From Dehalococcoidia bacterium (GTDB lineage: Bacteria > Chloroflexota > Dehalococcoidia > Lucifugimonadales > UBA3495): DNA of 64,000 nt. Below, in pieces: positions 9,235-17,702 of this stretch (the first letter of the stretch is position 1; each line of letters begins with the position of its first letter). The stretch covers positions 433,231-497,230 of the forward strand of contig OY730415.1 of assembly GCA_963422635.1 (NCBI GenBank). The letters run 5' to 3'. Position numbers and translations under genes: made by a program. The notes beneath the pieces were generated by a model that was not told where the DNA came from, ran no database searches, and saw nothing but the letters and a program-made list of their open reading frames with translations.

Positions 9235-10221
9235 CTAGTGGTGGGCCAAGCCGATGGCGTGGAAGAGGGCGTGCTTGACCTCCACCGGGGCTACGGCGCG
9301 GCGGTATTCTGCCGAGGCGAAAACGTCGCCGATGATGTCGTTGCCCAAGTCGTCGGCCAGATGACTTACGGCGGCGGCGATGTTGTCAGCGGTCAATTCC
9401 TGCCCGGTCAGGGCAGATTCTACGGCCCGGGCCCGCAAGGGAGTCGGCACCAGTCCGCCTACTGCGATCCGGGCGGAGGCGCACCGGCTGTTTTCCACGT
9501 TGACGATTACCGCCCCGCCGACCACCGGGTAAAAGGAGGCGGGGTGGGACATCTTGGCGTACTCGCCCACCTCGCCGTGAATGGCGGCCAGACCATTATC
9601 GTGGTCGTGGCCATGGCCGTGGTCGGGTCCGACATTATGTTCATGCCCGTGGTCGTGGTCCGTTTCATGGCGATGAACGGAAAGGGTCGGGGCAGTTATA
9701 GCGGTGATTATTTCACTTTCCGCCAGGGCGGTGGTAAAAGGCGCCAAGAAGAAATCGCCCACCGCGATGGTGCGAGAGCCGGTTGGCCCTTGTATCTCGA
9801 TGCTGGCGTCCAGGGCGGTCAAGACGGTTCCCCAATCCGAGGCCGGGTCAGCGTGGGCGAGGTTGCCGCCGATAGTTCCCCGGTTGCGCACCTGCGGGTC
9901 GCCGATGCCGCCGGCTACCTCGGCCAACAAGGGGTTAGCGTGGCGGACATCGTGGGATGCGGCGATCTCCCCGTGGGTGGTCAAAGCTCCGATACGGATG
10001 GTGTCGCCGTTGACGCTGCTGCCCTTCAGGTCGGCGATGCCGCCGATGTCGATGAGAGTGGCGGGTCGGGCCAAGCGCAGGCGCATCAAGGGAATCAGGC
10101 TGTGGCCCCCGGCCAGCAGCCGGGCCTCGGCCACTGAGTCGTTCCCGGAATGGGAACCAAGCAATTCAATAGCCTCGGCCACCGAGCCGGCCTGGTGATA
10201 GTCAAACTCGGGCGTGTACAT
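9235..10221 (-). CDS. molybdenum hydroxylase FAD-binding medium subunit (CoxM/CutM type)
   Basis: LLAGGHSLIPLMRLRLARP and GTIGGNLAHADP motifs. Last gene of the S-L-M operon. Carries a His/Asp-rich insertion. Confidence 0.85.
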   Translation of the reverse strand: MYTPEFDYHQAGSVAEAIELLGSHSGNDSVAEARLLAGGHSLIPLMRLRLARPATLIDIGGIADLKGSSVNGDTIRIGALTTHGEIAASHDVRHANPLLAEVAGGIGDPQVRNRGTIGGNLAHADPASDWGTVLTALDASIEIQGPTGSRTIAVGDFFLAPFTTALAESEIITAITAPTLSVHRHETDHDHGHEHNVGPDHGHGHDHDNGLAAIHGEVGEYAKMSHPASFYPVVGGAVIVNVENSRCASARIAVGGLVPTPLRARAVESALTGQELTADNIAAAVSHLADDLGNDIIGDVFASAEYRRAVAPVEVKHALFHAIGLAHH

Positions 10222-10233
10222 AGCTGCTCCTCC

Positions 10234-12579
10234 CTAGCCTTGCTCGTGAATGGCGCGCCAGACCCGCTCCGGGGTCAGAGGCATTTCCAGTTTGGTTACG
10301 CCGAGAGGACGCAGGGCGTCGATAACGGCGTTGTAGATGGTAACGGTGGAGGCGATGGTTCCCGTTTCCCCGATGCCCTTGACGCCCAACGGGTTGTGCG
10401 GCGAAGGGGTTTCGGTAGACAGGGTTTCGATGTCGGGAACTAAGTGGGCGCGGGGCAGAGCGTAGTCCAGCAGCGTGCCGGTGAGCAGCTGGCCGCCGTC
10501 ATCATAGACTGCCCCTTCCCAGAGGGCCTGGCCGGCGCCTTGCACCACGCCGCCGTGAACCTGGCCTTCCACAATCATCGGGTTAATCTGGGGGCCGCAG
10601 TCGTCCACCGCCACGTAGCGTTCCAGGACGATGTGGCCGTTGTCCGGGTCAACGCTGACCACGGCCACGTGGGAGCCGAAGGGGTAGGAAAAGTTGGGCG
10701 GGTCATAGAAGGCGGTAGCCTCCAGTCCCGGCTCCATACCGGCCGGCATATCCCAGGCGACGTTAGCCATCAAGGCGATGTCCTGGATAGTCTTGCTCCG
10801 GTCAGGGGCGCCTCTTACAAAGAAGTTGCCGTCCTCGTACTCAATATCAGCCTCGGCGGCCTCCAGCAGGTGAGCGGCGAGGGTTACGGCCTTGTCCTTG
10901 ATTTTGCGGGCGCTGAGGGCCACCGCGCCGCCGCCGACCACGGTGGTGCGGCTGCCATAAGTTCCCCAGCCCATAGGCGTGTTGTCAGTGTCGCCGTGAA
11001 TCAGCTCCACGTCATCCACCGGCACCCCCAGTTCGCTGGCGACAATCTGAGCGAAGGTAGTTTCCTCGCCCTGGCCGTGGGGGGAGGTGCCGACATAGAC
11101 ATTGACCTTGCCGGTGGCGTAGAAGCGCACGGTAGCGCTCTCCCAGAGACCGCCGCCAAAGCCTACGGCGCCGGCCACCTGGGAGGGGCCAAGGCCGCAG
11201 ATTTCCGAGTAGCAGCTGACGCCAATGCCGGTATAGTGGCCGTGTTCTCGTTGATGTTCCTGCTCGTGACGCAGGTGGGAATAGTTGACGTGTTCCAGGG
11301 CGACGTCCAGAGCCCGCTGGTAGTCGCCGCTGTCGTAGGTCAAACCGATGGCGACATCGTAGCCATCGTCAAACTTGGGAATCAAGTTCAGGCGGCGCAC
11401 CTCCACCGGGTCCAAGTTTAACTCGGCGGCCAGCAAGTCCACCAACCGCTCCAGCAGAAAAGTGGCTTCGGGCCGTCCGGCGCCCCGGTAGGCTTCCACC
11501 GGGGTAGTGTTGGTGAAGCAGCCGTAGATGTCGGCCTTGATATGGGGGATGTCGTAGGGGCCGGAATACATCAGGCCGTGCAGGATGGTAGGTATGCCGG
11601 GGGCGGCGGTGGACAGGTAGGCGCCCATTCCGGCGTAAACTACGCTGCGGACGCCGGTTATCTTGCCGTCCCTAGTGGCGGCCATCTCCACATATTCCAC
11701 GTGATCGCGGCCGTGGGTGGTCGCCACGAAGTTTTCGGAGCGAGTTTCGGTCCATTTCACCGGTCGGCCCAACCGCATAGCGCAGAAGGCGGCAATCATC
11801 TCCCAGGGATAGACGGCAATTTTGCTGCCGAAGCCGCCGCCGACTTCCGGGGCGATGACCCGTATTTTGTGTTCCGGGATTCCGGTTACCAGACAGGTAA
11901 CGAACCGGGCGATGTGGGGGTTCTGGGAGGTGTTCCAGATAGTCAGTTCGCCCATAGAGGGCAGGTAGCTGGCGATGGCTGAGCGGGGTTCCATAGCGTT
12001 GGGAATGAGCTTTTGCTGGATGATAGTATCCTTGACCACCACCTCGGCTTGGTCAAAGGCGGTGTCGGTGTCGCCGCCAGCGGCAACCCAGTGAAAAGCC
12101 TGGTTGCCGGGGGCGTCCTCGTGCAATTGGGGAGCTCCGTCCTGCAAGGCGGCCTCCGGGTTAACCACCACCGGCAGCGGTTCATAGTCCACGCTGATAA
12201 GCTCCAGGGCGTCCTCAGCCTGATAGCGGTTTTCGGCTACTACTACGGCCACCGCGTCACCCACGTAGCGCACCACGTCCTTAGCGATAGCAGGATAGGC
12301 TACCGCCTTAACATCCGAGTCGGGGATAACCCAGGCGCAAGGAATGGGGTTAAGGACGCCTTCGGTGTCGGCGCCGGTATAGACGGCCACCACCCCGGGA
12401 GATTGGACGGCGGCGGCAGTGTCGATGCTGCGGATGCGGGCATGGGCGTGGGGACTACGTAGAATGGCGACGTGGGCCAATCCGGTCAGCTTGATGTCGT
12501 CGGTATACGATGCTTGGCCGGTAATTAGCCGGGGGTCTTCCCGGCGGCGGATGCCGGAACCGAACAGTCGGGTAGTCAT
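10234..12579 (-). CDS. molybdopterin-binding large subunit, aerobic CODH/xanthine dehydrogenase family (form II type)
   Basis: 781 aa. The active-site loop VEAYRGAGRPEA matches AYRGAGR (form II) rather than the AYxCSFR loop of form I CoxL. Confidence 0.9.
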   Translation of the reverse strand: MTTRLFGSGIRRREDPRLITGQASYTDDIKLTGLAHVAILRSPHAHARIRSIDTAAAVQSPGVVAVYTGADTEGVLNPIPCAWVIPDSDVKAVAYPAIAKDVVRYVGDAVAVVVAENRYQAEDALELISVDYEPLPVVVNPEAALQDGAPQLHEDAPGNQAFHWVAAGGDTDTAFDQAEVVVKDTIIQQKLIPNAMEPRSAIASYLPSMGELTIWNTSQNPHIARFVTCLVTGIPEHKIRVIAPEVGGGFGSKIAVYPWEMIAAFCAMRLGRPVKWTETRSENFVATTHGRDHVEYVEMAATRDGKITGVRSVVYAGMGAYLSTAAPGIPTILHGLMYSGPYDIPHIKADIYGCFTNTTPVEAYRGAGRPEATFLLERLVDLLAAELNLDPVEVRRLNLIPKFDDGYDVAIGLTYDSGDYQRALDVALEHVNYSHLRHEQEHQREHGHYTGIGVSCYSEICGLGPSQVAGAVGFGGGLWESATVRFYATGKVNVYVGTSPHGQGEETTFAQIVASELGVPVDDVELIHGDTDNTPMGWGTYGSRTTVVGGGAVALSARKIKDKAVTLAAHLLEAAEADIEYEDGNFFVRGAPDRSKTIQDIALMANVAWDMPAGMEPGLEATAFYDPPNFSYPFGSHVAVVSVDPDNGHIVLERYVAVDDCGPQINPMIVEGQVHGGVVQGAGQALWEGAVYDDGGQLLTGTLLDYALPRAHLVPDIETLSTETPSPHNPLGVKGIGETGTIASTVTIYNAVIDALRPLGVTKLEMPLTPERVWRAIHEQG

Positions 12580-12583
12580 AATG

Positions 12584-13135
12584 TTAACCTCCCCTGGCTT
12601 CCGTCGTTGTCGTTGTTGGTGTCGTTGATGTTGACGCTGCGATCGCTTCGGCGGCGGCCAGCGTTGCTTTGACGATGTTCTGATAGCCGGTGCAGCGGCA
12701 GATATTCCCCTCCAGGCCGGCCCTCACTTCGGCGGCGCTGGGACGGGGGTTGCGCTGCAACAGTTCGGTAACCGTCATAATCATCCCGGCGGTGCAGTAG
12801 CCGCACTGGAGGCCGTGGTTATTCCAGAAGGCTTCCTGTACCGGGTGTAGGTTACCATCCGGGGCCAGTCCTTCGATGGTAGTGATTTCCGCTTCGTTGG
12901 CCTGGACGGCGAAACAGGTGCAGGACTTGACCGTGGCGCCATTCAGCCGGACGACGCAGGCGCCGCATTGGCTGGTATCGCAGCCTATCTTGGTTCCGGT
13001 CAGGTTCAGCTCCTCCCGCAGATAGTGCACCAGCAGGGTGCGGGGTTCAACTTCGGATTCGCAGACTTTGCCATTGACCGTTACTCTTATCGGAACCTTC
13101 ACTTCACGCCTCCCGTCGGTGATTATTGGTTGCAT
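12584..13135 (-). CDS. [2Fe-2S] small subunit (CoxS type)
   Basis: Start moved to M30 of the track ORF (MQPIITDG...). Cys clusters [21 protein letters not shown] and CRCTGY. Thr-rich C-terminal tail. Confidence 0.85.
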   Translation of the reverse strand: MQPIITDGRREVKVPIRVTVNGKVCESEVEPRTLLVHYLREELNLTGTKIGCDTSQCGACVVRLNGATVKSCTCFAVQANEAEITTIEGLAPDGNLHPVQEAFWNNHGLQCGYCTAGMIMTVTELLQRNPRPSAAEVRAGLEGNICRCTGYQNIVKATLAAAEAIAASTSTTPTTTTTEARGG

Positions 13136-13352
13136 CCCCCTGGGGACCGAACCGCCCGGCAACAAAGCAAGGGAGAACCAGATTATGCCGGGCAGTATAT
13201 ACGGGGGTATGGGGGTAGTCAACGGATGGGTTGGAATGGCTTCCGTCCTCCGGCCTGCGTCGGAGGACGGTTGAGGCGTCTAATTTTAATAACGGTGGAA
13301 AGAGACGGAAGCGTGGTAAAATAGCCGCAACCAACCGACCCAGCGAGGCGCT

Positions 13353-13736
13353 ATGCTGGAAACCGACCGGGTAAGCGCCGTCTTTGCCGACGCCCGATTT
13401 CTCTATGACGATGCGCTGGAAATGCTGGCGCAGGACAAAATCCGCAATGCGGCGGAAAAGGCCTGGGGCGCCACCAAGCGGGCCACCGACGCCCTGATAC
13501 TAGCCCGCACCGGGGAGTTGCCAGCAACCACCGCCATTACTTCCCGAGAACTGCTCCGGTTGGCTAACCAATGGGACAACGGCGACTCTATGGTAGGTCG
13601 CTATTACACTCGTATCGGCCACCTGCACGGCTCCTGTTTCTACAACGGGATGTGCGAACCGCTCGACGAAACAGAACGTCGCATCCGGGAAACCCTGGAC
13701 TACATCCAAGACGCCGAGGAACTGGCCGGGGAGTAA
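13353..13736 (+). CDS. PaREP1-like (HEPN-superfamily type) small protein, paralog 2
   Basis: 127 aa. KIRNAAEKAWGATKRATDALILARTGE and LHGSCFYNG. Its stop lies 6 nt before the methyltransferase ATG at 13743. Confidence 0.6.
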   Translation: MLETDRVSAVFADARFLYDDALEMLAQDKIRNAAEKAWGATKRATDALILARTGELPATTAITSRELLRLANQWDNGDSMVGRYYTRIGHLHGSCFYNGMCEPLDETERRIRETLDYIQDAEELAGE

Positions 13737-13742
13737 GCCTCT

Positions 13743-15408
13743 ATGCCTAACACTCTCTACTACGGCGACAACTTGCAAGTCCTCCGGGAGTATGTCCCCG
13801 AAGAATCGGTGGACCTGGTTTACCTGGACCCGCCTTTTAACTCCAACGCCTCCTAACAACGTCCTGTTCCGGGAAAAGAGCGGCGAGGACTCGCCGGCCC
13901 AGATAAAAGCCTTCACCGACACCTGGGAATGGACGCTGGAAACGGAGCGCGCCTTTGAGCAGGACATCATCCTGCACCCGGGGACGCCGGCGGCGGTGAA
14001 GGAGATGATTGCCGCCTTCCGCCAGTTTATTGGCCGAAACGCAATGCTGGCCTATCTGGTAATGATGACGCCCCGCTTGGTGGAACTGCGCCGCATCCTC
14101 AAACCCACCGGCAGCCTCTACCTGCACTGCGACCCCACCGCCAGCCATTACCTCAAAATCCTGCTGGATGCAGTGTTCGGGGCAAGGAACTTTCGGAATG
14201 AGATTGTGTGGCGGCGTTATTCGTCTCACGGGAATGTTTCACGCAATTTGGGAAGGGTTCACGACGTTATATTTAGATACTCGAAGACAAAAAAATTTGT
14301 GTGGAATCAACTATTTCGACCTTTACGTGAAGAATATGTGGAAAAGTTCTTTCACAAGGTAGAACCTGAGACAGGCAGGCGTTATCAATCTCAAAATGTG
14401 CTTAATCCGAACGCTGACCGTCCTAATTTGACCTATGACTGGAACGGCTATACGAGAGTATGGAAGTGGTCAAGGGAAAGAATGCAACAACTTCACGCTG
14501 AAGGGAGGCTCGAGTATTCCCGAACGGGCTATCCAAGGCTGAAACAATACTTGGACGAATCTTTGGGCGAGCGTCTTCAAGACATTTGGGATGATCTAGC
14601 TCCAGTAGGGCAATCAGGAGAAGAAGTTAGCCTCGGCTATGATACCCAAAAACCCATGTCCTTGTTGGAGCGCATTATTCGGACATCCTCCAACGAAGGC
14701 GACGTGGTTTTAGACCCCTTCTGCGGCTGCGGGACGGCGGTAGCGGCGGCGCAGAAGCTGAACCGCCAGTGGCTGGGCATCGACATCACCCACTTGGCGG
14801 TGGCCCTGATGAAAAGCCGGCTCAAGACCGCCTTTGACCTGGAGCCGGGCCGGGACTATGCGGTGGTGGGCGAACCCCGGGACGCCGGCAGCGCCCGCGC
14901 CTTATGGGAGCAAGACCCCTACCAGTTCCAGTTTTGGGCGGTGTCCTTGCTGGAAGCCCAACCCTACGCAGCAAGAGTGGCGGAGCAGAAACGGGGCGCC
15001 GACCAGGGCATAGACGGGATAATCTACTTTGTGGACGGCCTCCGCCGGGAGCCGCAGAAGGTGGTAGTTCAGGTCAAGGGCGGGCGGGTATCCTCGCCCC
15101 AAATCCGCGACCTGAAGGGGGTGGTGGAACGGGAAAAGGCGGCGTTAGGGTTGTTCATCTCCTTGGAGGAACCGACGCGGGATATGCGGAAGGAGGAAGC
15201 CGGCGGCGGCTTTTACCGCTCCGACCTGTGGCAGCGGGATTTCCCGAAAATCCAGCTCCGCACCATCGACGAGCTGCTGGCCGGCCACAGCTTTGACCTG
15301 CCGCCGCGCCAACTGATGTACCAACCGGCGGAACGGGTGCGCTCCCCCGAAGGGGAACAGGGAGAGTTGGGGGTTGCGGACTTCGGTCTGCGCCGGCATG
15401 AAGGTTAA
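13743..15408 (+). pseudogene. beta-class N6/N4 DNA methyltransferase fused to a C-terminal Mrr-like PD-(D/E)xK nuclease domain, frameshifted after codon 37
   Basis: Frame 0 reads MPNTLYYGDNLQVLREYVPEESVDLVYLDPPFNSNAS then TAA at 13854. Frame +1 continues NNVLFREKSGEDSPAQIKAFTDTWEW ... YDTQKPMSLLERII ... DPFCGCGT ... GADQGIDGI...VVVQVKGG. Confidence 0.8.
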
Positions 15409-15659
15409 GGGCCAGCGGGAAGGCTAGGGGCCGGTATGCTCTCCCAATTATCCCAGTTACTACTACCGCAGAAAGCGTCCTTTCCCGAAATAGGGCCGTC
15501 AAACCTTTTCCCCTTCACCCCGTCCCTCCCCGCAACTTCTGCAGCGCTGGTATAGCCGCGATTTTCCCTTCTTCCAAGTCTGCCCAGCAGATGCCGGCGG
15601 GGTGGAGCGAGCCTTCGGCGTAGCGGATGACCTCATCCGGGGTTACGGCCTAGTCCAGG

Positions 15660-15743
15660 GGGACATCGTGGCTGGCGCGGGGAGTGCATAGTAATAATCG
15701 GAATACCCCGATTGTAAAACGGGACATCGTGGCTGGCGCGGGG
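15660..15743. repeat. repeat-insert-repeat unit A: 23-nt perfect direct repeat flanking a 38-nt AT-rich insert (period 61)
   Basis: GGGACATCGTGGCTGGCGCGGGG occurs at 15660-15682 and 15721-15743. The insert is AGTGCATAGTAATAATCGGAATACCCCGATTGTAAAAC (contains TAG TAA TAA and a small AATCGG/CCGATT hairpin). Confidence 0.9.
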
Positions 15744-16043
15744 CAGCGCCAGCAGCGGGGAACGGTGGTTAACGCCGGCGTGGCGGCGTTAACTATTCCG
15801 GCGGCGGCCAGCCCCTGCTCCAGGTCAGCATAACCGCCCCCTTGCCAATGCGGATGCCCTGCCAGTTGACCGCAACCGAGCCGGAGATTACCAAGGCCAC
15901 CGGTCGCATCTCCGCCACGTAAACCGACCGCCCGTAACGGAAGGCGCCGCCGGTGGTTGACGCTTGGGCCGGGGCGCAGCGCATAACCGACGGTCCAGCT
16001 CCACGAAGCGCTGCCCCTGCCGTAGCCGGGGAACGGCCACGAG

Positions 16044-16134
16044 GGCCAACGCCGGTGGCGCAGGGGACGCTGGAATCCCCGCCCGGTTGGTTCTCTACAG
16101 TCAGGCCAACGCCCGGTGGCGCCGGGGACGCTGG
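16044..16134. repeat. repeat-insert-repeat unit B: 30/31-nt direct repeat flanking a 30-nt insert (period 60)
   Basis: GGCCAACGCCGGTGGCGCAGGGGACGCTGG (16044-16073) versus GGCCAACGCCCGGTGGCGCCGGGGACGCTGG (16104-16134). One indel and one substitution between copies. Confidence 0.85.
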
Positions 16135-16350
16135 GCCTTGTCCGGGTTGCTTTGACTACTCGGGACGGCTGCCAGACTTCCAGGGCAAAACCCGTTGAGC
16201 GGCATTCTCAGCCCCATAAAAATCGGGGATTTTATCGTGGACGTTTTTGGCGAGCGCCACCCGGACTGTTCCAAGGCCGGCCACACCGCTTCTCTAATCG
16301 CAAATTTGTCCCGCAATCGCACCTCTGCTTTAGCCGGGAGTTTTCGTCCG

Positions 16351-17634
16351 CTACACCGACCGCGCATAGTCGGCGAAACTGCTGACCTGAGGTTGACCCG
16401 CCAGGTCAATCAGAGTGTGCCGGCTTTCCATCGGTTTACCGTCCAGCCGGTCTTTCAGCCAGTCGGCGGTCAGCGTAGCCGGGTTAGGCCCCAAGTCGGC
16501 GGAGGAGGAACCACCCAGGCCGTGGTCGGCTCCCTCATACAACACCAACTGCTTGGGCGCTTGGAGCGTGTCTAACAACTGATAGGTGAATTCGATGGGA
16601 CTGAGGTGGTCGTCCTCGCCGGCCAGCGCCAGATAAGGACAGGTTATCTTTTCGCCCACCCCTTCCAGGGTCATAGTTTCGGCGAAACGGTCGAACTCGT
16701 CCTCATCCTCGTAGCCGGACATATACATAAAGCGCAGCTTGAAGGTGGGCGAGGCCGCGTTAAAGATGGTGTTCATTCCCGGTTCGTGGCAGACCGCTTG
16801 CACCGCGCAGCCCTTAATCCGGTGGTCAATAGCGGCCACTTGAGTCCCCCAGAAGGAACCCATACTGTTGCCCCGAATAGCGATGCGCTCCGGGTCCAGC
16901 TCCGGCTGCGCCCGCATCCAGTCCAATACGGCCCGGCCGGCGTCCATCCAGTTGGTGGCCGTCACGTGGATGCCTCGGGTCAGGGCCTCCTTCTGGCCGG
17001 GGCCGTCAATAGCCAGCACGGCGATGCCCCGCTCCAGCAAGCGGTCGCCGTAGAGGGCCACGCCGGTTTCCTTGAAGCTATCCATGCCGGGGATGCTCAT
17101 CACACAGGGCAGTGGCCCCCGATTCCCGTCGGCGGAGGAGGCGCTAAAGGGGATGTTAGGCAGGTGCAGCCAGGCGGGGATGGCGCTATTCTGAAAGGGT
17201 ATATCGACCCGGCGGATTTCGTGGTTGGCGTATTGGACGTACTTGGTGTAGCACGCTACTTTCTTTTCGCCCAGCCGGTCATTTTCCGGGGTGTGGGCGA
17301 AAATGGGCCACTGGGCGCTGCCATATAGCAGGGCAGCGATGAAGTAGCTTTCCCCGGCGGCCACCGTATGCCCCTCCTCCTCATGAAGGCGGGCCTTGGC
17401 TTCCCGGCGGACGGCAGCGCGGCGGAACTCCCGGCTAGCGTCGTTGAAGCGTTTGGTGCGGGCGCGCACTCCGTTAAAGTCCGGCGCCGCTTCCGGGCCG
17501 CAAGGGCCCAGGGTATAACCGATCCGCCGCTGGTCCCACTCAATCCCCACGGTCTGAACCACCACGTCCAGCAACCAGCGCTGCTCCTGCCAGCGTTTCA
17601 TCCGTCGTTCTACTGCTGATTCCATTGCAGGCAT
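16351..17634 (-). CDS. alpha/beta hydrolase (DUF1100/FrsA-like, dihydropseudooxynicotine-hydrolase-like)
   Basis: 427 aa. Nucleophile elbow GNSMGSFWG. Late acid/His region GEDDHL and ADHG. Confidence 0.8.
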   Translation of the reverse strand: MPAMESAVERRMKRWQEQRWLLDVVVQTVGIEWDQRRIGYTLGPCGPEAAPDFNGVRARTKRFNDASREFRRAAVRREAKARLHEEEGHTVAAGESYFIAALLYGSAQWPIFAHTPENDRLGEKKVACYTKYVQYANHEIRRVDIPFQNSAIPAWLHLPNIPFSASSADGNRGPLPCVMSIPGMDSFKETGVALYGDRLLERGIAVLAIDGPGQKEALTRGIHVTATNWMDAGRAVLDWMRAQPELDPERIAIRGNSMGSFWGTQVAAIDHRIKGCAVQAVCHEPGMNTIFNAASPTFKLRFMYMSGYEDEDEFDRFAETMTLEGVGEKITCPYLALAGEDDHLSPIEFTYQLLDTLQAPKQLVLYEGADHGLGGSSSADLGPNPATLTADWLKDRLDGKPMESRHTLIDLAGQPQVSSFADYARSV

Positions 17635-17702
17635 AATACACTTCCTTACCCTTGATATCGTCGGCGATAATTATAGCCAATGTAGTCAACCGAGAGCGAA
17701 TA

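Larger units (their letters stand above)
15514..16367 (-). pseudogene. heavily decayed 5-formyltetrahydrofolate cyclo-ligase-like (COG0212-type) gene
   Basis: Recognisable pieces lie in different frames: RLRDKFAIREAVWPALEQSG, VALAKNVHDKIPDFYGAENAAQRVL, NPDKAQRPRRHRALA, VAVPRLRQGQRFVELD, MRPVALVISGSVAVNWQGIRIGKG, GGGYADLEQGL, PRASHDVPLD*AVTPDEVIRY. There are at least 5 frame breaks, one TAG and two ~61-nt insertions. Confidence 0.5.

Noticed and set aside
9154-11421. Long ORFs antisense to real genes. Examples: 9154..10137, 10444..11421, 6245..6994, 25375..26316, 30863..31822, 42417..43706, 58943..59533 and the Arg-rich 37330..37785.
   Set aside because: These are typical high-GC shadow ORFs. 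They have biased Arg/Gly/Ala/Pro composition and no motifs, and each fully overlaps a confidently assigned gene on the other strand.
15660-16134. Reading the repeat-spacer-repeat structures as CRISPR mini-arrays.
   Set aside because: Each locus has only two repeat copies. The repeat sequence differs at every locus and is ordinary coding sequence of the disrupted gene. There are no cas genes or leader in the window. They are kept as an insertion/duplication observation, not as a CRISPR feature.
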